A stretch of 64,000 nt of DNA from NCBI GenBank assembly GCA_964342695.1, contig CAYFFV010000010.1, positions 5,146 through 69,145 on the forward strand. The letters run 5' to 3'. The notes below the pieces were generated by a model. That model was not told the DNA's origin, ran no database searches, and was given only the letters and a program-made list of their open reading frames with translations. The DNA is from an uncultured Vicinamibacteraceae bacterium. GTDB lineage: Bacteria > Acidobacteriota > Vicinamibacteria > Vicinamibacterales > UBA8438. The position numbers were made by a program, and so were the translations under genes. Position 1 is the first letter of the stretch; each line of letters begins with the position of its first letter. Shown piece by piece: positions 19,141-29,331 of this stretch.

Positions 19141-19411
19141 ATCTAGAGCCTCAATAAAATTACGGAAATGGCTGAAGAATATGAAATATTTTCAGAATGG
19201 CAAAATAATAAATGGAATTAAAAGACGAAATTGTAATATTTCAAAGTCTTGCCTACATTATTGTATTTTAGAACTTTATTTCATCACAGGTCTGGATTCA
19301 TCGTCATGAAGAATGTTTACTGGGCTTGCAACGAGGGATTCAATTGATTAAAGCCCTTACGAGACAACTAATGTAAAGGTATTATTTTTTGGAGTGTTTT
19401 CAGTAATAGGA

Positions 19412-19488
19412 TGGTGGCGGGGGCAGGATTTGAACCTGCGACCTGCGGGTTATGAGCCCGCCGAGCTACCAGACTGCTCCACCCCGCA
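19412..19488 (-). tRNA. initiator tRNA-fMet (anticodon CAT), CCA encoded
   Basis: The reverse complement is TGCGGGGTGGAGCAGTCTGGTAGCTCGGCGGGCTCATAACCCGCAGGTCGCAGGTTCAAATCCTGCCCCCGCCACCA. It has three G:C pairs closing the anticodon stem and an unpaired 1:72 position (U1/C72). It is nearly collinear with E. coli tRNA-fMet as I recall it. Confidence 0.9.
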
Positions 19489-19567
19489 TCGATAAATTCA
19501 GTTGTTCAAGAGATGAATTATAGCATGAACCGCAATAGCTTATGATGTGACCACGAGTTAGGCATGG

Positions 19568-19951
19568 TTACTCGGCAGTGTAATGTGCGCGATGAGTCCT
19601 TGGTGTGTCGGTGACGACAAAAACAAGTTCTCCGGGTTTGAGGAGGCCGAGTTCTCGACGAGCGACCTCTTCGATTGCAGAAACATCTGTTCGAAGACGA
19701 ACCGATAATGCGCGAAGTCGATCATTTTCGGCCCGCAGGCGACTTACCTCGTAGTCGAGCCACTCGCTCTGGTGTTTTGCCTCGAAAGCATCAATGAATC
19801 CACGGTTCCCCGCAAAGGCGTTAACAATTAGAGCGCTACTGACAAGAACAAGTAGGATCTTCATCGTATGTCGACGAGGAGAGTGAACCGGAGCGCGTCG
19901 TTTTCTCGCATTCCGGTACATATTCGGTGGAATAACAGTGGTTATACTCAC
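19568..19951 (-). CDS. ftsB: cell division protein FtsB/DivIC family (septum formation initiator)
   Basis: TM segment followed by a leucine-zipper-like coiled coil, then EEVARRELGLLKPGELVFVV. The true start may be the internal ATG at 19864 (MKILLVL). Confidence 0.75.
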   Translation of the reverse strand: MSITTVIPPNMYRNARKRRAPVHSPRRHTMKILLVLVSSALIVNAFAGNRGFIDAFEAKHQSEWLDYEVSRLRAENDRLRALSVRLRTDVSAIEEVARRELGLLKPGELVFVVTDTPRTHRAHYTAE

Positions 19952-20008
19952 GAATATATATTCGGTAGAACTCTCGGTGGAGTTTAGACTTGTTTTAAGA
20001 AAAGTTTT

Positions 20009-20410
20009 TTGGAGGACTACGTGAAAGAGACATCCTGCGTAATGGTGTGCACGACACTGCCAACAACAGTTGACGCTACAGAGTTTGCTCGAGTGTTAGT
20101 TGAGCGACGACTAGCAGCGTGTGTCCAAATTCTAAAGCCCGTTAGGTCGGTCTATCGTTGGAAAGAAGACATTGAGTGCGAGATGGAACAACCGCTTCAG
20201 ATGAAGACTACTACGAATAGGATTGATGAATTAGTCGATCAAATTCGTGGATTGCATCCGTATGAGGTTCCTGAGGTCTTAATCTTTGAAGCTGATGGAG
20301 GTAGTCGGGATTATCAGGAGTGGGTACAGAAAGAAACTGCCGCCGTAAAGAATCCGGTTTCAGATAAAGCGGAGGACAAAAAAACCTCCGATGAAGAGAA
20401 GAAAAAATAG
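20009..20410 (+). CDS. cutA: divalent-cation tolerance protein CutA, with a K/E/D-rich C-terminal tail
   Basis: VVCTTLPT...LVERRLAACVQI...YRWKEDIE...HPYEVPEV matches the CutA1 fold family. The start is uncertain (TTG 20009, GTG 20021 or ATG 20042). Confidence 0.8.
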   Translation: MEDYVKETSCVMVCTTLPTTVDATEFARVLVERRLAACVQILKPVRSVYRWKEDIECEMEQPLQMKTTTNRIDELVDQIRGLHPYEVPEVLIFEADGGSRDYQEWVQKETAAVKNPVSDKAEDKKTSDEEKKK

Positions 20411-20959
20411 AATAGCGGCTAGATCAAAATGGCTCTCAATTAAATCCCTGACACGGGCCCCAAAAAGTCTAAGGATTCCACCTACAAGAAAGAATCTGGC
20501 CGACCGGCCAATGAAACTGATCGCAAGAAATTGGAACAATGGCATACCGATTGCTCCCGATGCAATGGTGGCTACTTTAAAAGGAATCGGGGTAAAGGCT
20601 GCTCCTGCGAGAAACCACGGCCCCCATTGGTTGGCTAGCACTACGAAATGATCCCAGTGAGCTTGTGCTCCGTATAGGGTGATGATTGGGTCACCTAGAA
20701 CGGGCATTAATAGAGCCCCGATGGCATAGCCGATGGCCGCTCCCACGAGAGAGCCAACGGCGGTGACGGTGCTCGCACGAAGCCATTGCGAAGGCTGGAG
20801 CCCGACGATTGCGATTAATAGAACATCAGGAGGGATTGGAAAAAATGATGATTCAGCAATTGAAATTGCAAAAAGTGCGACCAAGGCCTTCGGGGTGTCA
20901 GCCCAATGGAGAGTCCAATCGTACAACTGCCGCAAAGATTGTCGGAATAATTTCAGCAC
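20360..20959 (-). CDS. YqaA/DedA-type (VTT domain) membrane protein
   Basis: AESSFFPIPPDVLLIAI motif and multiple TM segments. Confidence 0.7.
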   Translation of the reverse strand: MLKLFRQSLRQLYDWTLHWADTPKALVALFAISIAESSFFPIPPDVLLIAIVGLQPSQWLRASTVTAVGSLVGAAIGYAIGALLMPVLGDPIITLYGAQAHWDHFVVLANQWGPWFLAGAAFTPIPFKVATIASGAIGMPLFQFLAISFIGRSARFFLVGGILRLFGARVRDLIESHFDLAAILFFLLFIGGFFVLRFI

Positions 20960-21114
20960 AATAATTTCTTTGAAGACAATTATACGATTATGGCATTCTG
21001 CTTGTGTGTCGATTCCTTGAAGAAGATATTATTGCTGAGGGCGAAGAAACGAGACGCTCTCGCAGGTTGAAGGTTTTTGCTGGCTTAAAGCGAAGAAAAA
21101 TTTTTGTTCAAGTT

Positions 21115-22080
21115 ATGGATACAAAAAAGAAAGTTTCAGTCATTTTTACTACGCAGTCCAGAGTTGAAGCAGATGTTGTGAGTGGATTTTTGGCGAGTTG
21201 CGGATATGACGTGAGCCTCTCATCGGATTTTCCCCACTACGTGTTTCCTATTTCAACGGGACTGGCTGGTAGTGAATTTAGAGTATGTGTGTCTGGAGAT
21301 CAGGCGGTTAAGGCGAAGACTGAATTAGAACTTCGAAAAGATCGCATCGGTGCTGACGTGAGGCGAAGAGATGAGGGTCTCCAATCGCTGGAAGAGAAGA
21401 TTGGTTACGCCTTTAAAGATAGAGAGTTGCTCGAACAGGCGCTTACACATAGCTCGAGGGCTAATGAGGATGGCACAGGTAGTCTTTCTGATAATGAATC
21501 ACTCGAATTTCTCGGTGATGCTGTTCTCGGGTTTCTAATCTCGGTGTGGCTCTTTGAAGAGTTCCCCCAATTTACGGAAGGTGAAAAGTCCAAGGTGAAG
21601 GCCAGATTAGTGTCTGGAAAGACTTTAAGTATGCTGGGCGCTCGTTTGTCAATTGGCGAGCATTTGCTTCTTGGGAAGGGTGAAGAGAAACTCGGAGGCC
21701 GTCGAAATAATTCGTTGATCGAGAATGCTTATGAAGCGGTCATTGCCGCAATCTATCTTGATGGAGGAATGTCAAAATGTCGTCAGTTTGTGCGCGAACA
21801 GTTTTTTGAGAACCTGACGGACGTTGCTGCGGGTGATGGTGACCGTGGGGTGGCAACGGATTTCAAGTCGCTTCTCCAGGAGCATCTTCAAGCAATTGGA
21901 AAATCCGTTCCAAGTTATATTGTGGTCGGGTCAACGGGGCCGGCGCATCAAAAAAGTTTCGACATTGAATTACGGCTTGACGATCGGGTGCTAGCAGCCG
22001 AAAAAGCTTCTACAAAAAAAGAGGCGGAACAAAAATGCGCTGCCACGGCCCTTCGGTATCTGGAGCAAGAAAATGATTAA
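21115..22080 (+). CDS. rnc: ribonuclease III with an N-terminal extra domain of about 90 aa (DUF2007-like)
   Basis: NESLEFLGDAVLG catalytic signature, ENAYEAVIAAIYLDGG and a C-terminal dsRBD (DFKSLLQEH...KKEAEQKCAATAL). The N-terminal VSVIFTTQSRVEADVVSGFLASCGYDV...RVCVSGDQAVKA resembles DUF2007. ATG 21115 is preferred over the track start at 21004. Confidence 0.85.
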   Translation: MDTKKKVSVIFTTQSRVEADVVSGFLASCGYDVSLSSDFPHYVFPISTGLAGSEFRVCVSGDQAVKAKTELELRKDRIGADVRRRDEGLQSLEEKIGYAFKDRELLEQALTHSSRANEDGTGSLSDNESLEFLGDAVLGFLISVWLFEEFPQFTEGEKSKVKARLVSGKTLSMLGARLSIGEHLLLGKGEEKLGGRRNNSLIENAYEAVIAAIYLDGGMSKCRQFVREQFFENLTDVAAGDGDRGVATDFKSLLQEHLQAIGKSVPSYIVVGSTGPAHQKSFDIELRLDDRVLAAEKASTKKEAEQKCAATALRYLEQEND

Positions 22081-23246
22081 TCAATTTCGATAATGCTCCA
22101 TTCGCGAGGTGCTGCTGAGTTCTGGGGTAAGGTTTCTGGGATTTCCTTTTCTGTAGCTTCCATAAACGGCAGACGAGAGACTGCATATTCCTGAGCTTCT
22201 CGAGAAAGCTCGAATTCACTCGGTGGTTCTGGACGCGAATGTAAGTTCACCCAGAGACAGAGAAGCGGATCTTGAAATCGGTAACGTTTTTGTTTTATCT
22301 CAATCAGGTCTACATCTTCCAGCCACGAGAGGTAGTCTTTTGTTGAGCCAGGTGTTCGTCCCAACCGATGGGCTATTTCGGTCAGATTGAGCATGTCCTC
22401 CTCGGAGAGCACCTGTAAAATTGCTTTCAGGGCACCATAACCTCTAGCCCGTCCCAGACGGCGTTCATAAGAAATGCGGCAGAGCTGGCTTAAAGGCGCT
22501 CCCGTGACGAGTTGAGATGCTAATGTACTGACAGGGTCTCCGCCTTCAGCCCCTTCCATCGCTGAAAGGGCCTCAGATAGGGTCCGAACGTAAGAAGGGC
22601 GTCCATCAGCCAAGACCAGTAGAATTTTCGAGAGTTCATCGCGCTCACTATCGGTTCGTCCTACTCCTAGTTGCAGTAGATGTTGAGAGGTTTCCGTAAC
22701 TGTAAGTGGCGGAACTTCGATAATTGAGATGTGGTCCGTATATTTTTCAAGCAATTTCGTGGCGCGTTTTGAATATCGCGTTGAAAAAACGAATCTATTC
22801 TCGCTCTCGGTCACAGCATTCAGCAGTTCGGGAAGTGCGTGCCGTATGCCGGGAAAACTTTCGAACATTTTAAGTTCAAAAAACTCGTCAACAAGAAAAG
22901 TAGCGGGGTCACCGTTTGGTAAGCGGCAATCACAAAGGAATTGTAAAAGATTGTCAAACGCTATTCTTGCCGTTGATGATGAAGAGTTTGATGTTTTGGT
23001 CTGACGGAGTGAGTAGGGAGATCTTTCTTGAATGGCCGACCAGAAACTCTCTGGGGTAGAAGCCGATCTCTCGACATCAATATATTGATTTGCGGTCGAG
23101 TCAAGAGAGTTTGAGACCTGGTGTAACAAGTTTGTCTTTCCACTCCCACAACCGCCGATCAAAATAGGAATACGCGAAGGCGTGGCATGCGTCACGTTAA
23201 TTATTTGGCGTTCGAGTGGGTCTCGTTCTGTGGCCGAGTCAAGCAT
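22077..23246 (-). CDS. P-loop ATPase (archaeal-ATPase/PF01637-like) with a C-terminal winged-helix domain
   Basis: Walker A GGCGSGKTNLL and Walker B-like FLVDEFFE. The C-terminal LNLTEIAHRLGRTPGSTKDYLSWLEDVDLIE looks like a wHTH. Confidence 0.6.
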   Translation of the reverse strand: MLDSATERDPLERQIINVTHATPSRIPILIGGCGSGKTNLLHQVSNSLDSTANQYIDVERSASTPESFWSAIQERSPYSLRQTKTSNSSSSTARIAFDNLLQFLCDCRLPNGDPATFLVDEFFELKMFESFPGIRHALPELLNAVTESENRFVFSTRYSKRATKLLEKYTDHISIIEVPPLTVTETSQHLLQLGVGRTDSERDELSKILLVLADGRPSYVRTLSEALSAMEGAEGGDPVSTLASQLVTGAPLSQLCRISYERRLGRARGYGALKAILQVLSEEDMLNLTEIAHRLGRTPGSTKDYLSWLEDVDLIEIKQKRYRFQDPLLCLWVNLHSRPEPPSEFELSREAQEYAVSRLPFMEATEKEIPETLPQNSAAPREWSIIEID

Positions 23247-23494
23247 TGTAAAAATTTAATTTGATGAGTACTTTTAATTTTTTATAAATGATTCAAGTTG
23301 AGAGTTATAGACATTATGGAAGGCCGAGGACGTTGTCAATTGTATTTGTCGGCCTGTAAAAAAAAAGAATTCTTTCTTGACATCAGAGCGAAAAGTTTGT
23401 TGAGGGGAGGGGAGCGATTAGTGCAGGTGAATCCTCAAGAGCTGATATCGCAGCTCGGTCTTCTGGTATTATCGAGTTAAATGGAATTGTGTAA

Positions 23495-24802
<1,308 letters not shown>

Positions 24803-24893
24803 GAAAGTGTTGCCGAGCGTTGTTTTTAAATTGAAGAGGCACAGTTTTGTTTTGTGGGAAAATTTTTCGGACAGGGTTATTCCAATTCGATTT

Positions 24894-26693
24894 ATGAAGA
24901 GCAAACTAATTCAACTTGTTGGCGTTCTGTCGTGTTTGGTGGTGATCGCCTGCGGTGATAGCGAGAGAGTCACTGTTGACGAGGCAACTGTTTTTGTTGA
25001 GGGCGCAGAATTGCGGCTACTTGATTTGTGGAAGGAGTCAGGACGTGCTGCTTGGATCCAAAACAATTTTATCTCCTATGACACGAATGCAATGTCGGCC
25101 AGTGCAAGTGAAAAGGTCATGGCGGCAACGATCAATTTGGCAGCGGAAGCTGCGCGTTTTAACGATATAGAGTTGCCTCCGCAGTTGAGTCGAAAGATGT
25201 TAAAGCTTAAGACTTCGCTGGCAGCGGTCGCGCCATCGAATAATGACTTGCAGGCAGAGCTTGCGGAAATAATGACGGAGATGGAAAGTATTTACGGGAC
25301 CGGCGAGTATTGTCGTCCTGAAGAGGGTTGTCTTTCTCTGCCAGCAATGGAACGATTATTTGGAGAACTCAGAGACACGGATGAGCTACTGGCGATGTGG
25401 GGTGGCTGGCGCAAGGTGGGACGTGATATTCGTCCTTTATATGAGAAATTTGTCGAAATTTCGAACGCTGGTGCTAAGGAACTTGGTTTTCAGGATACTG
25501 GACACATGTGGCGGTCAGGGTATGACATGCCGCCTGAGTTATTTGTGGAAGAAATAGAAGGGCTATGGGAAGAAATACGCCCTTTGTACGAATCTTTGCA
25601 TTGCCATGTGAGGGCGAAGTTGGGCGAGGAACTTGGTACAGCGGTTGTTCCTCCGAATGAGCCTATTCCAGCGCATTTGTTAGGCAATATGTGGGGACAA
25701 GGCTGGGGAAATATCTATGATGTTGTTAAGCCAGAACAGGATGGGATGAACTACGATCTAACCCAGCTACTTGAACGAAAGGGTATTGATGAGGTCGAGA
25801 TGGTTCGGTATGGAGAGGGTTTTTTTAGTTCTCTGGGATTTGAACCGCTTCCAGATAGTTTCTGGGAGCGATCACTTTTTGTGAAACCATTAGATCGAGA
25901 TGTCGTTTGTCATGCGAGTGCGTGGAATCTTGATTTTCGAGACGACATACGAATCAAGATGTGCATTAGCATTACGGACGATGATTTCGTAACGATTCAT
26001 CATGAACTCGGGCACAACTATTACCAGCGAGCCTACAAGGACCAGGATCCGTTCTTTCAGGGTAGTGCTAATGATGGTTTCCATGAAGGAGTTGGCGATA
26101 CCATTGCACTTTCAATTACTCCAGAGTACTTGGTCAAGGTTGGTTTGCTTGAAACGGCACCCGATCAACGAGGTGATATAGCGTTCTTGCTTCGACAGGC
26201 CTTGGAAAAAGTAGTTTTCTTGCCTTTTGGCTTATTGGTTGATCAATGGCGATGGGATGTGTTTTCAGGTGAAATTCCCCCTACGGAATACAATCGGGAA
26301 TGGTGGGAGTTGAGAGAGAAGTATCAAGGCGTCAGACCCCCGATGCCGCGAATTGGTGATGACTTTGATCCAGGTGCGAAATACCACATTCCGGCAAATA
26401 CCCCGTACGCAAGATATTTTTTAGCCCATGTGTTGCAGTTTCAATTTCATCGAGCGCTCTGTGAAGCGGCTGGATTTGAAGGTTCATTGCACCGGTGTTC
26501 AATCTTTGAGAGTAGGGAAGCGGGTGATCGTCTCCGTAGCATGTTGGAAATGGGAGCGAGTCGTCCCTGGCCGGATGCCCTTGAGGTTATGACGGGGACA
26601 CGAGAAATGGACGCAACAGCCATTCTCGACTACTTTGCACCATTGGCAGCTTGGCTTGAGGAACAAAATGTAGACCGTATGTGCGGATGGTAA
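24894..26693 (+). CDS. M2-family zinc metallopeptidase (angiotensin-converting-enzyme-like peptidyl-dipeptidase), probable lipoprotein
   Basis: HHELGHNYY (HExxH) followed by FHEGVGDTIAL (the third Zn ligand, as in ACE HEAIGD). Lipobox-like LVVIAC-GD. The track ORF start at 24657 overlaps purA and is rejected. Confidence 0.8.
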   Translation: MKSKLIQLVGVLSCLVVIACGDSERVTVDEATVFVEGAELRLLDLWKESGRAAWIQNNFISYDTNAMSASASEKVMAATINLAAEAARFNDIELPPQLSRKMLKLKTSLAAVAPSNNDLQAELAEIMTEMESIYGTGEYCRPEEGCLSLPAMERLFGELRDTDELLAMWGGWRKVGRDIRPLYEKFVEISNAGAKELGFQDTGHMWRSGYDMPPELFVEEIEGLWEEIRPLYESLHCHVRAKLGEELGTAVVPPNEPIPAHLLGNMWGQGWGNIYDVVKPEQDGMNYDLTQLLERKGIDEVEMVRYGEGFFSSLGFEPLPDSFWERSLFVKPLDRDVVCHASAWNLDFRDDIRIKMCISITDDDFVTIHHELGHNYYQRAYKDQDPFFQGSANDGFHEGVGDTIALSITPEYLVKVGLLETAPDQRGDIAFLLRQALEKVVFLPFGLLVDQWRWDVFSGEIPPTEYNREWWELREKYQGVRPPMPRIGDDFDPGAKYHIPANTPYARYFLAHVLQFQFHRALCEAAGFEGSLHRCSIFESREAGDRLRSMLEMGASRPWPDALEVMTGTREMDATAILDYFAPLAAWLEEQNVDRMCGW

Positions 26694-26697
26694 AGCC

Positions 26698-27087
26698 TTA
26701 AATAAAATCGTATTCTTCGTCCTTCACGCTATCCAACCAAGTCGTTGAGGCATTAATGTTGATGGCAAGATGAATCATTGATTCATCATTTGATGCACCA
26801 TGCCAATGTTTCTCACCGGCTGTTATCCGGATGGCGCCGCCTTCCTTGATTTCCTGAATTGCTTTGCCGGCAGATTGCATTCGGCAGGTGCCTTCGATAA
26901 TAAGCAGAATTTGAATTCCGGAATGGATGTGCCACGCCGTTCGGGCCCGGGCTTCAAAGGAGACACGGTATACGTTTATTTGAGGGTCAGTAGAGATACC
27001 ATCGAGACGAGAAATAGTAGCGGCTCCTGTGAAATGGTCGGGATCAACAGGAAGGGCGTCTCCGCTCGGTGGGTGAGTGATTCTCAT
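26698..27087 (-). CDS. cupin-domain protein
   Basis: 129 aa. WHIHSG...G...HWHGA, a typical cupin two-motif arrangement. Confidence 0.7.
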   Translation of the reverse strand: MRITHPPSGDALPVDPDHFTGAATISRLDGISTDPQINVYRVSFEARARTAWHIHSGIQILLIIEGTCRMQSAGKAIQEIKEGGAIRITAGEKHWHGASNDESMIHLAININASTTWLDSVKDEEYDFI

Positions 27088-27113
27088 AATATTCTAAAAA
27101 AAATTAGCTTGAG

Positions 27114-28874
27114 CTATGCGTGCCGCCGAATAAAATAAGTGACGCAGCTTATGATGGCCACAACAATCACTGACCCTATATTAAAGAGACCAGTCGTGGA
27201 ATACCAGAGGATGGCGTACCCAATAGCGCCTGGTAAAAGTGCGTAATAAAGAAACGGTAAAATTGTTAGACGAATAACAGCACCCTCGCGTCCTAAAAGC
27301 CCCACGACCGCTGAAGCTGCTACGACATTGTGAACGCAAATCATATTACCCGCAGCCCCACCCACAGCCTGCAGTGCTACAACCCAGACCGGATCGACGC
27401 CGATGCGCTGACCCATGTCAAATTGGAAAAGTGAGAACATCATGTTGCTCACAGTGTTGCTCCCTGCTACGGCTGCGCCAATGCCACCAACGAAAGGGGA
27501 AAAAAGAGGCCAAGCAGAGCCTGTTAGTGCTGCCACACCATCGGCAAGCGCTATTGGCATTCGCTCAAAACCGGCGCCTCCGCCACCACTGTTAATAAAT
27601 ACCTGAACCATTGGAACGGTAAATACCAGCGCGACAGATGCGGCAGCCGTAACGCGAAGAGATGTGTTCCAGGAATTCTGATAATTAGCTAGAGGGACCT
27701 TGTGCATGCCCCATGTTGCCAATGATACAAGAACAAAGATTGTTCCAGGTAAAAAGAGTGGCTGGACGGTTGCGGAGATCTCTGTTCCGAAAATATTTGA
27801 CCAACTCAGCGTAACTGATTGCAGCCACCCACTAATGGGTAGAAATCGTAAGCGAGAAATAAGAAGTAAAAGAGCGACAAGGATATATGGAAACCACGCC
27901 TTTATAGGCCCTAAGTCTCTTGTGTTTGTCTGTGGGTTTTCGGATTGAATAGTACCTGTCCAGTCCGAAGGCCACGTGTCCTTTGGCGCAAAATCCCAAA
28001 GTTCATCGGCTTTTGGTACAAGAAAACCATTTCGCGCCGCAGTAACGACAATGGCAAGTCCGACGAGGCTTCCAATCAGTGACGGAAATTCTGGGCCGAG
28101 AAAGTAAGCAGCTATAACGTAGGGTATGGTCATAGAGAGAGAGGCAAACAGTGCGAATTTCCAAATCTTTAACCCTTCTGAGAATGATTTTGCCTCACCA
28201 AAAAATCTCGTCATCGCTGCAACTAAAATGAGAGGCACGAGGGTTCCGGCAAATGAGTGAAGCAGGGCCACCCGAAAACCAATGAGGCTTAAAAAAGATT
28301 GCCAATTCTCGTAGCCTATCTGTGCCGCGTACGCAGCGACTAGGGGGTCAGCTGAAAGTCCGGTATTCACACCCACTAGGATAGGCGTTCCGGCGGCACC
28401 GAAACTGACTGGAGTGCTTTGGATAATCATACCAGCCGTGACAGCGGCCAAGCCTGGAAAGCCGAGTCCTACTAATAGTGGGACAGCTACCGCCGCGGGC
28501 GTGCCGAACCCAGCTGAACCTTCTATGAATGCACCAAAAAGCCACGCGACGATGATTACCTGAATCCGACGATCAGGTGAGATATCGGTGAATCCCTTCC
28601 GAATTGTTTTTAACGCCCCGCTCTCTTGGAGAGTATTTAGGAGAAGTATTGCTCCAAATACGATATACAGGAGAGTCAGTGCTACGATTAGGCCATTCAT
28701 TGAGGCCGCAAGAACCTGGAGGAAAGGGACTTGCCAGATCAACAGGGCTAATGAGATTGACACAGCGTACGAGAGTGGCATAGCCCGGCTAGCTGGCCAT
28801 CTCAATATTACGAGAAATACAGCGACTGTAACGATTGGCAATAAAGACAGAATCGCTAGAATTGCAGTGCTCAT
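27114..28874 (-). CDS. L-lactate/glycolate permease (LctP family)
   Basis: 586 aa, polytopic. The N-terminal [17 protein letters not shown] and [18 protein letters not shown] regions are typical of LctP/GlcA. Confidence 0.85.
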   Translation of the reverse strand: MSTAILAILSLLPIVTVAVFLVILRWPASRAMPLSYAVSISLALLIWQVPFLQVLAASMNGLIVALTLLYIVFGAILLLNTLQESGALKTIRKGFTDISPDRRIQVIIVAWLFGAFIEGSAGFGTPAAVAVPLLVGLGFPGLAAVTAGMIIQSTPVSFGAAGTPILVGVNTGLSADPLVAAYAAQIGYENWQSFLSLIGFRVALLHSFAGTLVPLILVAAMTRFFGEAKSFSEGLKIWKFALFASLSMTIPYVIAAYFLGPEFPSLIGSLVGLAIVVTAARNGFLVPKADELWDFAPKDTWPSDWTGTIQSENPQTNTRDLGPIKAWFPYILVALLLLISRLRFLPISGWLQSVTLSWSNIFGTEISATVQPLFLPGTIFVLVSLATWGMHKVPLANYQNSWNTSLRVTAAASVALVFTVPMVQVFINSGGGGAGFERMPIALADGVAALTGSAWPLFSPFVGGIGAAVAGSNTVSNMMFSLFQFDMGQRIGVDPVWVVALQAVGGAAGNMICVHNVVAASAVVGLLGREGAVIRLTILPFLYYALLPGAIGYAILWYSTTGLFNIGSVIVVAIISCVTYFIRRHA

Positions 28875-29004
28875 AGAGTTCTCCTCCGTACAAAAGTAAC
28901 GAGTGCCGTCCTCGGTGGTCTCTGTCTCATTTTATCGCAAAGGGCAGGGCAGCGTGGCAAGGGTGGATAAGGAAGTATTAAAGAAAAAAGAGAGACGATC
29001 GCCA

Positions 29005-29331
29005 ATGCTCCATACTGTTAAGAATTTTAAAGCAAAAAACGTTCACAGAGGGCACGGGCGGCGTGTTTATGTCAAGGATAGACGAATCGCGATATTCAAT
29101 GATGCTGGGGTTTTACGTGCTGTTGATGATACCTGCACTCACGTAGGTGGATCATTGTCTGAGGGATCATGCGAGGGAGGCGTTGTGACCTGCCCATGGC
29201 ATGGGGCTCAATTCAGGCTTAGGGATGGGCAATGCTTGGGTGATTCTCCGTATCGGCGATTAAAGGTTTACCCTGCGCGAGTTAACGATGGGCTTATTGA
29301 ACTGGAGATAGATTGGATTAACTCATCGTGA
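29005..29331 (+). CDS. small soluble Rieske [2Fe-2S] protein (NirD/ferredoxin-like)
   Basis: CTHVGGSL...CPWHGAQF. The start is placed at ATG 29005; the track start is 28903. Confidence 0.75.
   Translation: MLHTVKNFKAKNVHRGHGRRVYVKDRRIAIFNDAGVLRAVDDTCTHVGGSLSEGSCEGGVVTCPWHGAQFRLRDGQCLGDSPYRRLKVYPARVNDGLIELEIDWINSS

Noticed and set aside
19124-19309. A 61-aa ORF in the AT-rich spacer between amt and the tRNA.
   Set aside because: It has very AT-rich, Lys/Asn/Ile-biased composition, no RBS and no motif. The region is better explained as the amt promoter and regulatory spacer.
19300-19570. Checked the flanks of the tRNA-fMet gene for an integrated element (integrase gene, or a direct repeat of the tRNA 3' end).
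   Set aside because: No integrase or recombinase ORF and no duplicated tRNA 3' segment are visible. The neighbouring genes (amt, ftsB, cutA) are ordinary core genes.
23321-23355. Hairpin aggccga-N21-tcggcct next to an A9 run, between the ATPase gene and purA. I considered it as a terminator.
   Set aside because: On the plus strand it is followed by A residues, not T residues. On the minus strand the T-run precedes the stem. No gene ends here because both flanking genes diverge. It may be an operator or a 5' UTR structure, but I cannot support a specific call.
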